NCBI GenBank assembly: GCA_965261935.1
Contig: OZ253485.1
Coordinates: 1,304,388 to 1,368,387 of the forward strand
Direction of reading: 5' to 3'
DNA from: Dehalococcoidia bacterium
GTDB lineage: Bacteria > Chloroflexota > Dehalococcoidia > Lucifugimonadales > G963668185
DNA length: 64,000 nucleotides
Shown: in pieces, positions 55,745 to 64,000 of the stretch
Layout of the letters: each line of letters begins with the position of its first letter
How positions within the stretch are numbered: position 1 is the first letter of the stretch
Translations under genes and position numbers: made by a program
Notes under the pieces: generated by a model
The model's database searches: none
The model's input: only the letters and a program-made list of their open reading frames with translations
What the model was told of the DNA's origin: nothing

Positions 55745-56668
55745 TTATGGGTGCAGGGCCGTGCCCTGCACCTGCCGCACGCTGAGAACCCTATGCTGGC
55801 CCGCGTCATCCCTGACCGCCTCGATGCTCGCTCTCGGAAAACATCGCCCGGCCATGCGCGTCGCGGCTGAGCGCTGGTCAGGTGCCATCTCCATGAACAG
55901 CGAGCCGCCTGGCTTGAGATACTTGGGGGCCTGTTCCAGCAGCCGAGCGATGACTGCCAGGCCGTCCAACCCTCCATCCAACGCTATCGAAGGTTCGCGC
56001 CTCACGTCCCGCGGAAGGTCGGGGAGTTCCCTGGTCGGTATGTACGGCGGGTTGGAGACGATCACGTCCGCCGGCTCCGGCAGCGAACCCAGCAAGTCGC
56101 CGCGTAGCAGCTCAACGCGCCCTCTCACGCCGTGCCGCTCAGCGTTCGCTCCCGCCATCTCAAGCGCGCCTGCGCTTGCGTCAATTGCGTATACAAACGC
56201 GACTGGCAGTTGCGACGCCAGCGCCACGGCGATGGCCCCGGATCCCGTGCCCACGTCTGCGATCACTTTCCTCCGTTCGCATCGCGGCACACAGGCCGCG
56301 AGTGCCAGGTCCACCAGCAGTTCCGTCTCCTGCCTCGGCACCAGCACGCGCTGGTCCACCATGATCTCCAGGCCGTAGAACTCGCGCATCCCCGTGATAT
56401 ACGCCAACGGCTCGCCCTCAGCTCGCCTCTTGGCGTAGCCTGCCGCCAACTCGCCCGCTTTGGGAGGCACCGGCTGGTTCAGGGCAGCGAAGTACTTAGC
56501 GCGGTCCAGCCCCAACGCGCACCGCAACAGGACCTCCGCCTCGATTTCGGCGTCCGGCGCGCCCGTGTCGCGTAGCTGGGCCGCCATGCGGGACCAGACG
56601 TCGCGCAATATCCGGTCGTCCGGGTCAGGGGTACCATGACTGCCAATCGAAATACCTTGTAGCGGCAT
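55745..56668 (-). CDS. prmC: Release-factor glutamine-N5 methyltransferase
   Basis: DVGTGSGAIAVALA and VSNPPYIP motifs. The start is uncertain (56668 versus 56722). Confidence 0.8.
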   Translation of the reverse strand: MPLQGISIGSHGTPDPDDRILRDVWSRMAAQLRDTGAPDAEIEAEVLLRCALGLDRAKYFAALNQPVPPKAGELAAGYAKRRAEGEPLAYITGMREFYGLEIMVDQRVLVPRQETELLVDLALAACVPRCERRKVIADVGTGSGAIAVALASQLPVAFVYAIDASAGALEMAGANAERHGVRGRVELLRGDLLGSLPEPADVIVSNPPYIPTRELPDLPRDVRREPSIALDGGLDGLAVIARLLEQAPKYLKPGGSLFMEMAPDQRSAATRMAGRCFPRASIEAVRDDAGQHRVLSVRQVQGTALHP

Positions 56669-56795
56669 TCTTCGTGGGCGCCCTGCACTCTCCCTAGACG
56701 GAGCGCGGCCGGGGCAATTCATTTACTTGGCTCGGACGCCAAAGATACTATCAACAGGCCGAGTCATCTTAATAACTCAAGGAGGGCATCTCAGA

Positions 56796-56849
56796 ATGTG
56801 TACTTGCACTTGTAGTCGCCCAACCAGCATACATCACGACAAACTGTAA
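56796..56849 (+). CDS. Candidate 17-codon Cys-rich upstream ORF (MCTCTCSRPTSIHHDKL)
   Basis: ATG 56796 lies 9 nt after AAGGAGGG. The stop TAA at 56847..56849 lies 19 nt before the carbonic anhydrase ATG. Confidence 0.3.
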   Translation: MCTCTCSRPTSIHHDKL

Positions 56850-56868
56850 CTACCTTGAGGGAGCATCG

Positions 56869-57366
56869 ATGACAGTCACAGACGAACTACTGAAGAACAA
56901 CGCAACGTACGCTGACAACTTCGATAAGGGAGACTTGCCTCTTCCGCCCGGTCGCGGCCTGGCGGTTGTGGCGTGCATGGATGCGCGCCTCGATACGCAC
57001 AAGCTGCTGGGTCTCGACGAGGGGGACGCTCACGTGATACGGAACGCTGGCGGCGTGGTTAGCGACGACGTGATTCGCTCGCTGGCCATCTCGCAGCGCC
57101 TCTTGGGCACGGGCGAGATAGTCCTCATACACCACACGGACTGCGGCATGCTGACCTTCCGCGACGACGACGTCAAGGACGCGATCGAGGCGGATACCGG
57201 CATTCGGCCCTCCTTCGCTCTGGAAGCGTTTGGGGATTTGGATCAGGACGTGCGGCAGTCCATCTCCCGCATCCAGGCCAGCCCCTTCGTGCCCAGGAAG
57301 GACAACATACGAGGTTTCGTGTACGACTGCGCCACTGGTCGGCTCAACGAAGTCCACCCTGCCTGA
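56869..57366 (+). CDS. Beta-class carbonic anhydrase
   Basis: Zinc ligand motifs VVACMDARLD (CxDxR) and HHTDCGM (HxxC). Confidence 0.85.
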   Translation: MTVTDELLKNNATYADNFDKGDLPLPPGRGLAVVACMDARLDTHKLLGLDEGDAHVIRNAGGVVSDDVIRSLAISQRLLGTGEIVLIHHTDCGMLTFRDDDVKDAIEADTGIRPSFALEAFGDLDQDVRQSISRIQASPFVPRKDNIRGFVYDCATGRLNEVHPA

Positions 57367-57583
57367 GCGGAGGCGCTAGTAGGTCCCACGATAGGCGGAG
57401 CGGAGTCTCTCTTTCGTAGAAGGGAGACCCTTGCATAACCTAGTCACGTACTTGGCAAGACCCCTGGGCTTGTAGAGAGGGCTTCTGACCCCTTCCCCGG
57501 CAGACTGGCAAAGGCTGCGTCCTGAGCGAAGTCGAAGGGATGGGTTGGGGTTTCCCCTCCACACTCACGAGATTATGCAAAGG

Positions 57584-57654
57584 TCTCCTCGATGGGAGAG
57601 GGCAGACGCTGTCCTGGGCTGCCGAAGGAGCCTGAACCGGGCGGCGTGCAGGAT
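57584..57654. repeat. Intergenic repeat unit, copy A
   Basis: TCTCCTCGATGGGAGAGGGCAGACGCTGTCCTGGGCTGCCGAAGGAGCCTG... is similar to 58937..59038. Confidence 0.7.
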
Positions 57655-57715
57655 CGTCCGCAACTAACGCAATGGACTCCCTTAAATAAGTGAAGTCCCC
57701 CTGCTGGCGTTGACG

Positions 57716-58045
57716 TCACGACCCGGACCGGTCAGGCACAGCCTGCCAATTCAGTGCCCTCTCCAGGTCGCGGAGATACTCCGCGAATGCGCGGCGCCCC
57801 TCGGGCGTTGCCTGAAGCCAGGTGCGTGGTTTTGAGTTCAGGAACTCCTTCGTGGTGGCGAGATAGTCCGCGTCTTCGAGCTTTCGCAAGTGCGTCGTCA
57901 GGTTCCCTCCGGTTAGCCTTAGCGTCTCTTGGACGAATCCGTAGGCCACCCGGTCGCGTTCAGGCTGCGACACCAGCAGCGCCATGATCCGGAGCCGGGT
58001 CGACTGGTGGATCGTCTCGTTGAAGACGATGGGATCGTCGCTCAT
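57716..58045 (-). CDS. Winged-helix transcriptional regulator (HTH_34/PadR-ArsR-like)
   Basis: MSDDPIVFNETIHQSTRLRIMALLV...LTGGNLTTHLRKLEDADYL. ATG 58045 overlaps the upstream TGA (ATGA). The rest of ORF 57716..58717 is Arg/Gly-rich shadow sequence. Confidence 0.7.
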   Translation of the reverse strand: MSDDPIVFNETIHQSTRLRIMALLVSQPERDRVAYGFVQETLRLTGGNLTTHLRKLEDADYLATTKEFLNSKPRTWLQATPEGRRAFAEYLRDLERALNWQAVPDRSGS

Positions 58046-58698
58046 CCAACGGCGCTTCTGCGGAGCCATGTCCATGCAACAGCTACAACGGCCAGAATGA
58101 GGACCGCCGACATCAGGGGAGCTGCGTCGCCCGCAAAGTACGTCGGAACGTAGTACGCCGCTGCGATGCCCAGTCCCACGAGAGCGATCGCCCCGTGGTG
58201 CATAATGCCGAAGAGGATGTAGCCCAGTCCCACGATGCCGACGGCAACGCCGGCTATGGCCCTGCCGTCGGCATCCGTCGTCCACATCCCGGAAGCTGTT
58301 GGGATCACGAAACCGGCTGTAATCACCGACAACCAGAAGAGAAGCACTCGGATCCCTGCGCTGGTGGCAACGGTTCCCGTTGCGTTTCGGCGGCTGGCCC
58401 TGTAACCAATTATGGAACTGGCCACCGCTCCTATGGCGCCCACTGCGCCCCAAAGGGGGCCCGGATACCACGGATAATCTTCCGCGAACCCGGGTGCCAG
58501 CGACGCCACCGCGTACTGCGACAGGTACCCCACGGCCGCAATTGCGCCCCACATCAGCATGATTGGCTGCCATCCTGCCGTGTACATAGAGCTTCGGGAT
58601 CTGTCCAGAGTTTCCTGAATGGTGTGCAACCCTTCTTCGGGTGTGAGTGCCTTGGCTTCGCTCTCCTGTCCCTGCATCATGCGCCTCCCTCTCTTCAC
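58042..58698 (-). CDS. Hypothetical integral membrane protein, translationally coupled to the wHTH regulator
   Basis: 218 aa with about 6 TM helices after a polar N-terminus. Confidence 0.6.
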   Translation of the reverse strand: MKRGRRMMQGQESEAKALTPEEGLHTIQETLDRSRSSMYTAGWQPIMLMWGAIAAVGYLSQYAVASLAPGFAEDYPWYPGPLWGAVGAIGAVASSIIGYRASRRNATGTVATSAGIRVLLFWLSVITAGFVIPTASGMWTTDADGRAIAGVAVGIVGLGYILFGIMHHGAIALVGLGIAAAYYVPTYFAGDAAPLMSAVLILAVVAVAWTWLRRSAVG

Positions 58699-58936
58699 GC
58701 GGCCGTGTACTGGCCATCTAGTTTGTACTGCAAACTAGTTTACGGGGCCTCAAAGCGCTATGCAAGTGCAATCGTGACTCCTCGGTGCTGACCTCAGCGA
58801 CGAGACGTAGGCCGGCGTGTAACCACACGGCTGACCAACACACCGGCGCTGCCGGTCAATTGTGTATGCCGCCGGGTCTGACGCTAGACACTCTCGGAGA
58901 ACGTTGCACATCTTGGGATCGTGAACGGCAGTCCCC

Positions 58937-59038
58937 TCTACCTCGATAGGAGAGGGCTGGACGTCGTCCTGAGCTTGCCGAAGGAGCCTGCCCTGAGTCC
59001 CTCGAGGGGGGGAGTGTGACTAGGGCGGTGTGCGATGG
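58937..59038. repeat. Intergenic repeat unit, copy B
   Basis: TCTACCTCGATAGGAGAGGGCTGGACGTCGTCCTGAGCTTGCCGAAGGAGCCTG...GGGCGGTGTGCGATGG parallels copy A, with an insertion. Confidence 0.7.
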
Positions 59039-59089
59039 AACGCAGGACAGATACGCACAATTCTCGCCCTGAACGTATGGACCCCTAAC

Positions 59090-59554
59090 TCAGGAGAACG
59101 AAACGCAGGCGTCGCCAACAACCTTGAGCACCGACTCCTGCCCGAATCGGCGCATGTACTCTTGCGATATCTCGTCGATCAGATGCATCGAGTCGTTACC
59201 CGGCGGCGCTAGGATCACAAGCACCTTTGAGCGCTCCTGGGTAATTACTCCCGCCGAGTCGCGCCACTGGCCCCGTCCGTCTAGGACCGTCAGGCCGTCC
59301 GGGAACCGGGGCGTCGCCGTGTCCGCGAGGAACGCCTCCCATGCATCGTCGTCCACGACCTCGCCCGAGTTGTTGTTGCGGCCCATGAACAGCTCATACT
59401 TGACGAACTGTTCGGCCCCGTCGGGACAGTTAAGAGTCTCCGCATCGGCGCATGCGACGGCCGCCATCACAACTAACGCTAGGCCAAATGTTATGACGGC
59501 TTGCATGCGGCTGATCTCACCGGCACGCCTGCTGATGGCGCCCTTGCGCTTCAA
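59090..59554 (-). CDS. DUF3574-like secreted/lipoprotein
   Basis: Signal/lipobox MQAVITFGLALVVMAAVACAD, then YELFMGRN...VTPRFPDGLTVLDGRGQW...ERSKVLVI. The start is either 59554 or 59506. Confidence 0.55.
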   Translation of the reverse strand: MKRKGAISRRAGEISRMQAVITFGLALVVMAAVACADAETLNCPDGAEQFVKYELFMGRNNNSGEVVDDDAWEAFLADTATPRFPDGLTVLDGRGQWRDSAGVITQERSKVLVILAPPGNDSMHLIDEISQEYMRRFGQESVLKVVGDACVSFS

Positions 59555-59614
59555 AGGGGCATCACAGGCTTACGGCTGACTGCAGCCCGGCGTCAGACGG
59601 GTCTTCAATAGCGG

Positions 59615-60220
59615 CTATGCTGCCGCGAAGCCTCCGATGCCCAGCATCCTGAATGCCTGCTCGGCCGCATCCGCGGCCTCCCCGCCTGTGGACGTATCCG
59701 CGATGCCCAATATGATCGCGAAGATAATGAAGAGAATTGCCACGGGAATAAACGAGATCAGGATCACGAAGAACGCCCGCCATGTTGAGGTGTAGTCCAG
59801 CGCCTGCCGCACGCCTACCATCATCGCGGCAAACTGCCAGAAGAACACAAGCAGGCCGATGGCCCACCCGACTCCCGGGACGAAGACGAACACGCTCAGG
59901 ATTCCAGGCGTCTGCGCGAATCCAGTGCACCGTGCCAGTTCTCCCCAGTTGGCCTTGGTTTCTTTGGTTGCCAGGATGGTTGAGCCGACAATCCACGTCA
60001 CCAGCGCCCACAGCGCCCACGCTGCCACGCCCCGTATAGCTCCGAACACCAGCCCTCTGACGATGTTGAACTCTTCCCCGGCCAGCATACCGCCGACCAG
60101 GCTGGCAATAGTGACGAGGACCACCACGAGCAGCGCCTGCATCGTAGCGCCCTGGTCCTGCTCCACCTCCTCGAAGGTATGAACATTCAGACGGGCCGCG
60201 CCCAGCATTCTTCCTAACAT
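59615..60220 (-). CDS. Yip1-domain membrane protein
   Basis: N-terminus ...VHTFEEVEQDQGATMQALLVVVL, then 5 TM helices. Confidence 0.6.
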   Translation of the reverse strand: MLGRMLGAARLNVHTFEEVEQDQGATMQALLVVVLVTIASLVGGMLAGEEFNIVRGLVFGAIRGVAAWALWALVTWIVGSTILATKETKANWGELARCTGFAQTPGILSVFVFVPGVGWAIGLLVFFWQFAAMMVGVRQALDYTSTWRAFFVILISFIPVAILFIIFAIILGIADTSTGGEAADAAEQAFRMLGIGGFAAA

Positions 60221-60306
60221 TGGTCTAACTCACGCTCCTTGAACCTAATGAGGCCTCAAACGTTCCAAGAATACTACCACACGTTTTCAGGCATTCCGTC
60301 GCTGAA

Positions 60307-61809
60307 TCACGCGCCGCGCACGCCGTCCGCCCATCGCAGCGAGCGCCGCACCGCTTCCTTCCAGCCGTCGTACAGCGCCGCCCTCCTGCCTTCCGGCATA
60401 GACGGCTCGAACGTCCGGTCCGTTCTCCACAGCTCGGCTATCTCGTCCTTCCCGCGCCAGGTTCCCACGCCGAGGCCTGCCAGGTACGCCGCGCCCAGTC
60501 CGGTGGTCTCCCTCTCCGCGGACCGGTGCAACGGTATGCCCAGCATGTCGGCCTGGAGCTGCATCAGCAACTCGTTCGCCGTCCCGCCCCCGTCCACTCG
60601 CAGTTCTGCCGGACCGGTGCCGGTGTCCATCGCCATCGCGTCGAGCACATCTCGGCACTGGTACGCCGTCGCCTCCAGCGCGGCCCTCGCGATGTGCGAT
60701 CTGTTGGTGCCGCCGGTCAGGCCGATGAGCGCGCCCCTCGCGTACATGTCCCAGTGGGGGGCGCCCAGCCCTGAGAACGCTGGCACGAAGTACACACCGC
60801 CGTTGTCCGGCGCTTCCGCTGCCAGCCAGTCCATGTCCGACGGCTTGTCGATGATTCCAAGTCCGTCCCGCAGCCACTGTACCGTCGCTCCGGCCGAGAA
60901 CACGCTGCCTTCCAGTGCGTAGTTCCGCTCTCCGTCGAGTGCCCACGCCAACGTCGTCACAAGGCCGTGGCTAGAGTCGCGCCTCCCAACGCCGGTGTTC
61001 ATCAGCATGAAACAGCCGGTCCCGTACGTGTTCTTCGCCGAGCCTGGCTTGAAGCAGGCCTGCCCGAACAGCGCCGTCTTCTGGTCCCCAGCGATTCCGG
61101 CGATTGGCAACTCAAGGCCGCCGAACGGGCCCGCCGTCGCGTACGCTGCGACTCCACTGGAATTGGCGATCTTCGGCAGCATGGCCTCAGGGATATTGAG
61201 CTCGCGCAGCATGTCTCGGTCCCACGTCAGCTCGTCCAGGTTCAATAGCATCGTCCGCGACGCGTTCGTTGCGTCGGTCACGTGGGCTGCCCCTCCGGTC
61301 AGGTTCCAGATTAGCCACGAGTCCACGGTCCCGAACAGCAGCTCTCCGTTCTCCGCCCGTGCTTGGCCGTCCGGCACGTGGTCGAGGAGCCAGCGCAACT
61401 TTGTCGCCGAGAAGTACGCGTCCACCGGCAGGCCGGTCCTGCGCCGAACTTCCGGCTCCAGCCCGCGCGACTTCATCTCGTCGCACATCCCCGCGGTTCG
61501 CCGGCACTGCCACACCACCGCGTTTGCCGCGGGCTCCGACGTATGCCGGTCCCAGACCACCGTGGTTTCCTGCTGGTTGGCGATGCCAATCGCCGCTATC
61601 TCGTTCGGATCGGTGCGGGTCGCCGCCAGCACGTCGCCGATGGCCGTAATGCACGAGTCGAACAGCTCCTTTGGGGAATGTTCCACCCACCCCGGCTTTG
61701 GGTATATCTGCGTGACCTCGGCGTAACTACGGCCCGCCACGCGCCCGTCCTCGTCTACGAGCAGCGCCGTCGTACCGGTCGTCCCCTGGTCGATCGCGAG
61801 TATCGTCAC
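60307..61809 (-). CDS. glpK: Glycerol kinase
   Basis: ILAIDQGTTGT, PGWVEH.P.E, NTYGTGCF, GGGTAN. GTG 61809 overlaps the upstream TGA (GTGA). Confidence 0.9.
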   Translation of the reverse strand: MTILAIDQGTTGTTALLVDEDGRVAGRSYAEVTQIYPKPGWVEHSPKELFDSCITAIGDVLAATRTDPNEIAAIGIANQQETTVVWDRHTSEPAANAVVWQCRRTAGMCDEMKSRGLEPEVRRRTGLPVDAYFSATKLRWLLDHVPDGQARAENGELLFGTVDSWLIWNLTGGAAHVTDATNASRTMLLNLDELTWDRDMLRELNIPEAMLPKIANSSGVAAYATAGPFGGLELPIAGIAGDQKTALFGQACFKPGSAKNTYGTGCFMLMNTGVGRRDSSHGLVTTLAWALDGERNYALEGSVFSAGATVQWLRDGLGIIDKPSDMDWLAAEAPDNGGVYFVPAFSGLGAPHWDMYARGALIGLTGGTNRSHIARAALEATAYQCRDVLDAMAMDTGTGPAELRVDGGGTANELLMQLQADMLGIPLHRSAERETTGLGAAYLAGLGVGTWRGKDEIAELWRTDRTFEPSMPEGRRAALYDGWKEAVRRSLRWADGVRGA

Positions 61810-62447
61810 TGGCCGCCGTCGGTCACCCTCTCGAACAGGTAGCAGAAGCGAGGCCTCCGCTTGTTCGGCACATCGCGCACCCACTTCATGTGGAATGCGT
61901 CGCCCATCACTGCTTGCGTTTCCTCGACGGACAGCCCCACGGTCCTGCCGTCCTGCTGCCTCGGCGACCATGCGTACAGCAGCACGTGGCCGCCTGGCCG
62001 TACCACCCGCCCCACCGACTCGCCGTATCTGGCGCGGTCCTCCACGTTGAACGTGTGCATGCAGGACACGTCGAGCACGAAGTCGAACGGCCCCCCGAGG
62101 TCGTTACTCCCGGGCATGCCTAGCTTGAGCACATCCGCGACCTCGAACCGCACGCTCACGCCCGCCCGCTCTGCCTTCCGGCGTGCTTGGCGAAGCGCAG
62201 GGCGCGAGAAGTCGACGCCGACCACCTCGGGGCAGTGCCGCGCCATGTAGGTCGAGTGCGTCCCCGTGCCGCATCCTAGGTCGAGCGCACGGGCAGGGCG
62301 GAGATCTCCGCCTTCTAGCAGCTCCTCTAGTTCCGGCGGTATCTCGCCCGTGTCCCAGGGCGTGCGTCCAACTACGTAGTACAGCTCCCAAGAGAGCCTG
62401 CGCGGCAACACGGATCCCAGTGCCAATGCGATGCGGTCGATGACCAT
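61806..62447 (-). CDS. Class I SAM-dependent methyltransferase (TPMT-like)
   Basis: ALDLGCGTGTHSTYMA SAM-binding motif. Confidence 0.7.
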   Translation of the reverse strand: MVIDRIALALGSVLPRRLSWELYYVVGRTPWDTGEIPPELEELLEGGDLRPARALDLGCGTGTHSTYMARHCPEVVGVDFSRPALRQARRKAERAGVSVRFEVADVLKLGMPGSNDLGGPFDFVLDVSCMHTFNVEDRARYGESVGRVVRPGGHVLLYAWSPRQQDGRTVGLSVEETQAVMGDAFHMKWVRDVPNKRRPRFCYLFERVTDGGQ

Positions 62448-62477
62448 ATTTTTAGGTGTACCTCCTTCGGTGTACGG

Positions 62478-63266
62478 TTAACGTTGCCCCGCGGGCGGCG
62501 CCGGAACATGCGGCAGCGGCGCGTCTGCCGCCGTCGCCCGTCGACTGGTGTCAGCCTTTCGCCGCTTCGCAGGCGCGTCGAAAGTGCCGCGCGACGGGCA
62601 GTTCAGCATGACGCACTCTTCGCACCGAGGTCGCAGCGCCTTGCAGACGACGCGCCCGTGCCGGATCAGGTATACGTGAAAGGCAAACACGTCCTCTGGC
62701 GCTACCATCGGCTCCAGTATGTCGTGGGCCTTGTCCGCCGTCACCTTCGGCCCGATCAGCCCCAGCCGCTTCGACACCCGGTGAATGTGGGTGTCCACCG
62801 GCATCGCCGGCATTCCGAGCGCGAAGCACAGTATGATCGCTGCCGTCTTCGGTCCCACGCCGCTCAGCCTCGTGAGCCAGGCCTTCGCCTCCGAGAGCGG
62901 CAGCTCCGCCAGGAATGAGAGGTCGAACGAGCCGATCTCTTCCCTTATCTGCGTCAGCACGTTCTTGATCCTCGGCGCCTTTTGCGCCGCCAGCCCGCCG
63001 CCCTTGATCGCCTGCTCGATCTCTTCTACGGGCGCGTCGGCAATCGCCTCAATGCTCCCGAAGGTGCCTAGGAGGCTGTCGTATGCCCTCCAGGAGTTGA
63101 TATCGGACGTGTGCTGGGACAGGATCGTGTACACAAGCTCGGAGGCCGCGTCCAGCCGGGCGTCCCACTCCACCGGCCCGTACTCCGGCCCCAGCTTCTC
63201 CATCACTTCCGCCGCCGTTACGGAAGGCCTCTTACTCCGCCCGCTTCGCCCCTTCTTGGATGCCAT
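62478..63266 (-). CDS. Endonuclease III-like HhH-GPD base-excision glycosylase with Fe-S cluster loop
   Basis: HhH LSGVGPKTAAIIL, VDTHIHRV, and Cys cluster CKALRPRCEECVMLNC. Start taken at ATG 63266. Confidence 0.75.
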   Translation of the reverse strand: MASKKGRSGRSKRPSVTAAEVMEKLGPEYGPVEWDARLDAASELVYTILSQHTSDINSWRAYDSLLGTFGSIEAIADAPVEEIEQAIKGGGLAAQKAPRIKNVLTQIREEIGSFDLSFLAELPLSEAKAWLTRLSGVGPKTAAIILCFALGMPAMPVDTHIHRVSKRLGLIGPKVTADKAHDILEPMVAPEDVFAFHVYLIRHGRVVCKALRPRCEECVMLNCPSRGTFDAPAKRRKADTSRRATAADAPLPHVPAPPAGQR

Positions 63267-63548
63267 CGAGAAGCGCGCTCCCTGTTCCTTTCCGCTGTTG
63301 AATCTACCCTTCCGACTCTTACATCTGGTCCCTTCTCCCCTTGTGGGAGAAGGATAGGATGAGGGGTGACCCCGCCGCACAAAACCAACGTACGTAGGAG
63401 CATACTGCACATCCCAACCGCAGGCCGGGAAATCCTAACACAGCAGACATCCAGCCCATTCACGGCGCATCACTTGACAGCCCCCTCCTGTTCCGCCTTT
63501 ACTGTGCGGGCCTCGGATGGGCCTGAGCCCTCCGAGCGGCGAAGGAAC

Positions 63549-64000
63549 ATGACAGAAACGATACTGAGAGAAATCGCCGACGAATCGCGGCCCCTTCTTC
63601 ACTCTAGCCTGTTACAGCTCTCCGGCGCTCCGCCTGAAGGCTTGGCCGAGGTTGAGGCCGCGTGGTCGTCCATTTCGCACAGCCGCAAGAACGATATCGT
63701 TGCGAGGATGCTGGAGCTCGCAAACGACAACCCGGAGTTGGACTTCGACGGGCTGTTCCTGCGGTTGCTGAATGACCCCTCGGACGCACTGCGGGAGATG
63801 GCTGCGCGCGGGCTATGGGAGTGCGAGGATAGAGCCGCGATCCGTCCGTTGACCGAGTTGCTGCTCGGCGATCCTTCCGCCGCCGTGCGGTCCGCTGCGG
63901 CCGTTAGCCTGGGCCGGTTCGCGGTCCTCGCGGCGGAAGGCAAGCTGATCGCGCGGGACGCCGGTAGGGTGAGCCAGGCCCTCATGAGTGCCGCCCGGAG
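63549..64000 (+). CDS. HEAT-repeat protein (3' end outside the window)
   Basis: Open frame from ATG 63549 to the window edge. It carries repeats of the type DPSDALREMAARGLWE and DPSAAVRSAAAVSLGRF. It is absent from the ORF track only because no stop is reached. Confidence 0.55.
   Translation, partial: MTETILREIADESRPLLHSSLLQLSGAPPEGLAEVEAAWSSISHSRKNDIVARMLELANDNPELDFDGLFLRLLNDPSDALREMAARGLWECEDRAAIRPLTELLLGDPSAAVRSAAAVSLGRFAVLAAEGKLIARDAGRVSQALMSAAR

Noticed and set aside
58046-58717. N-terminal two thirds of ORF 57716..58717 (333 aa)
   Set aside because: Arg/Gly-rich and out of frame with a convincing 218-aa membrane protein on the same strand. Only the last 109 codons (the wHTH regulator, with an ATGA overlap) look real.
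1-64000. tRNA, rRNA, tmRNA, RNase P and SRP RNA genes
   Set aside because: I looked for T-loop GGTTCGA(A/T)TCC strings and conserved RNase P, tmRNA and SRP cores in all intergenic regions and found none. A covariance-model scan is still needed to be sure.

Overview
GC-rich bacterial chromosomal segment with about 57 protein genes. I recognised no tRNA, rRNA or CRISPR array. Most of it is housekeeping: dnaA with a candidate oriC, obg-nadD, pheST, rpsU, rph, coaD-rsmD, prmC, glpK, recQ, comEA-comEC, moeA and ilvE. These are interleaved with catabolic or redox enzymes: a Rieske oxygenase, an LLM flavin monooxygenase, PhyH, amidase plus amidohydrolase, a haloacid dehalogenase and two homocysteine S-methyltransferase paralogues. 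That mix suggests a marine Chloroflexota/SAR202-like heterotroph, but this is inference only. Loci worth a second look: (1) an ArsC/Spx-family gene next to arsM whose redox Cys position is an in-frame TGA followed by a SECIS-like hairpin, so a candidate UxxC selenoprotein; (2) a RecQ helicase carrying a C-terminal domain that looks like region 4 of a primary sigma-70 factor; (3) a tandemly duplicated module of membrane-anchored alkaline-phosphatase-superfamily (LtaS/EptA-like) proteins plus a small membrane protein and a large methyltransferase. This module shows a homogenised 3' tract, a decayed copy of the small gene, and a fresh IS insertion with a 7-bp target duplication that can be excised in silico to restore the reading frame; (4) a class-III aminotransferase interrupted only by one TAG at a conserved Gln position; (5) an 840-bp gene-free interval with an orphan near-consensus promoter and phased 10-nt repeats; (6) several families of intergenic hairpin repeats. 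All homology calls come from motif recognition by eye; no searches were run.
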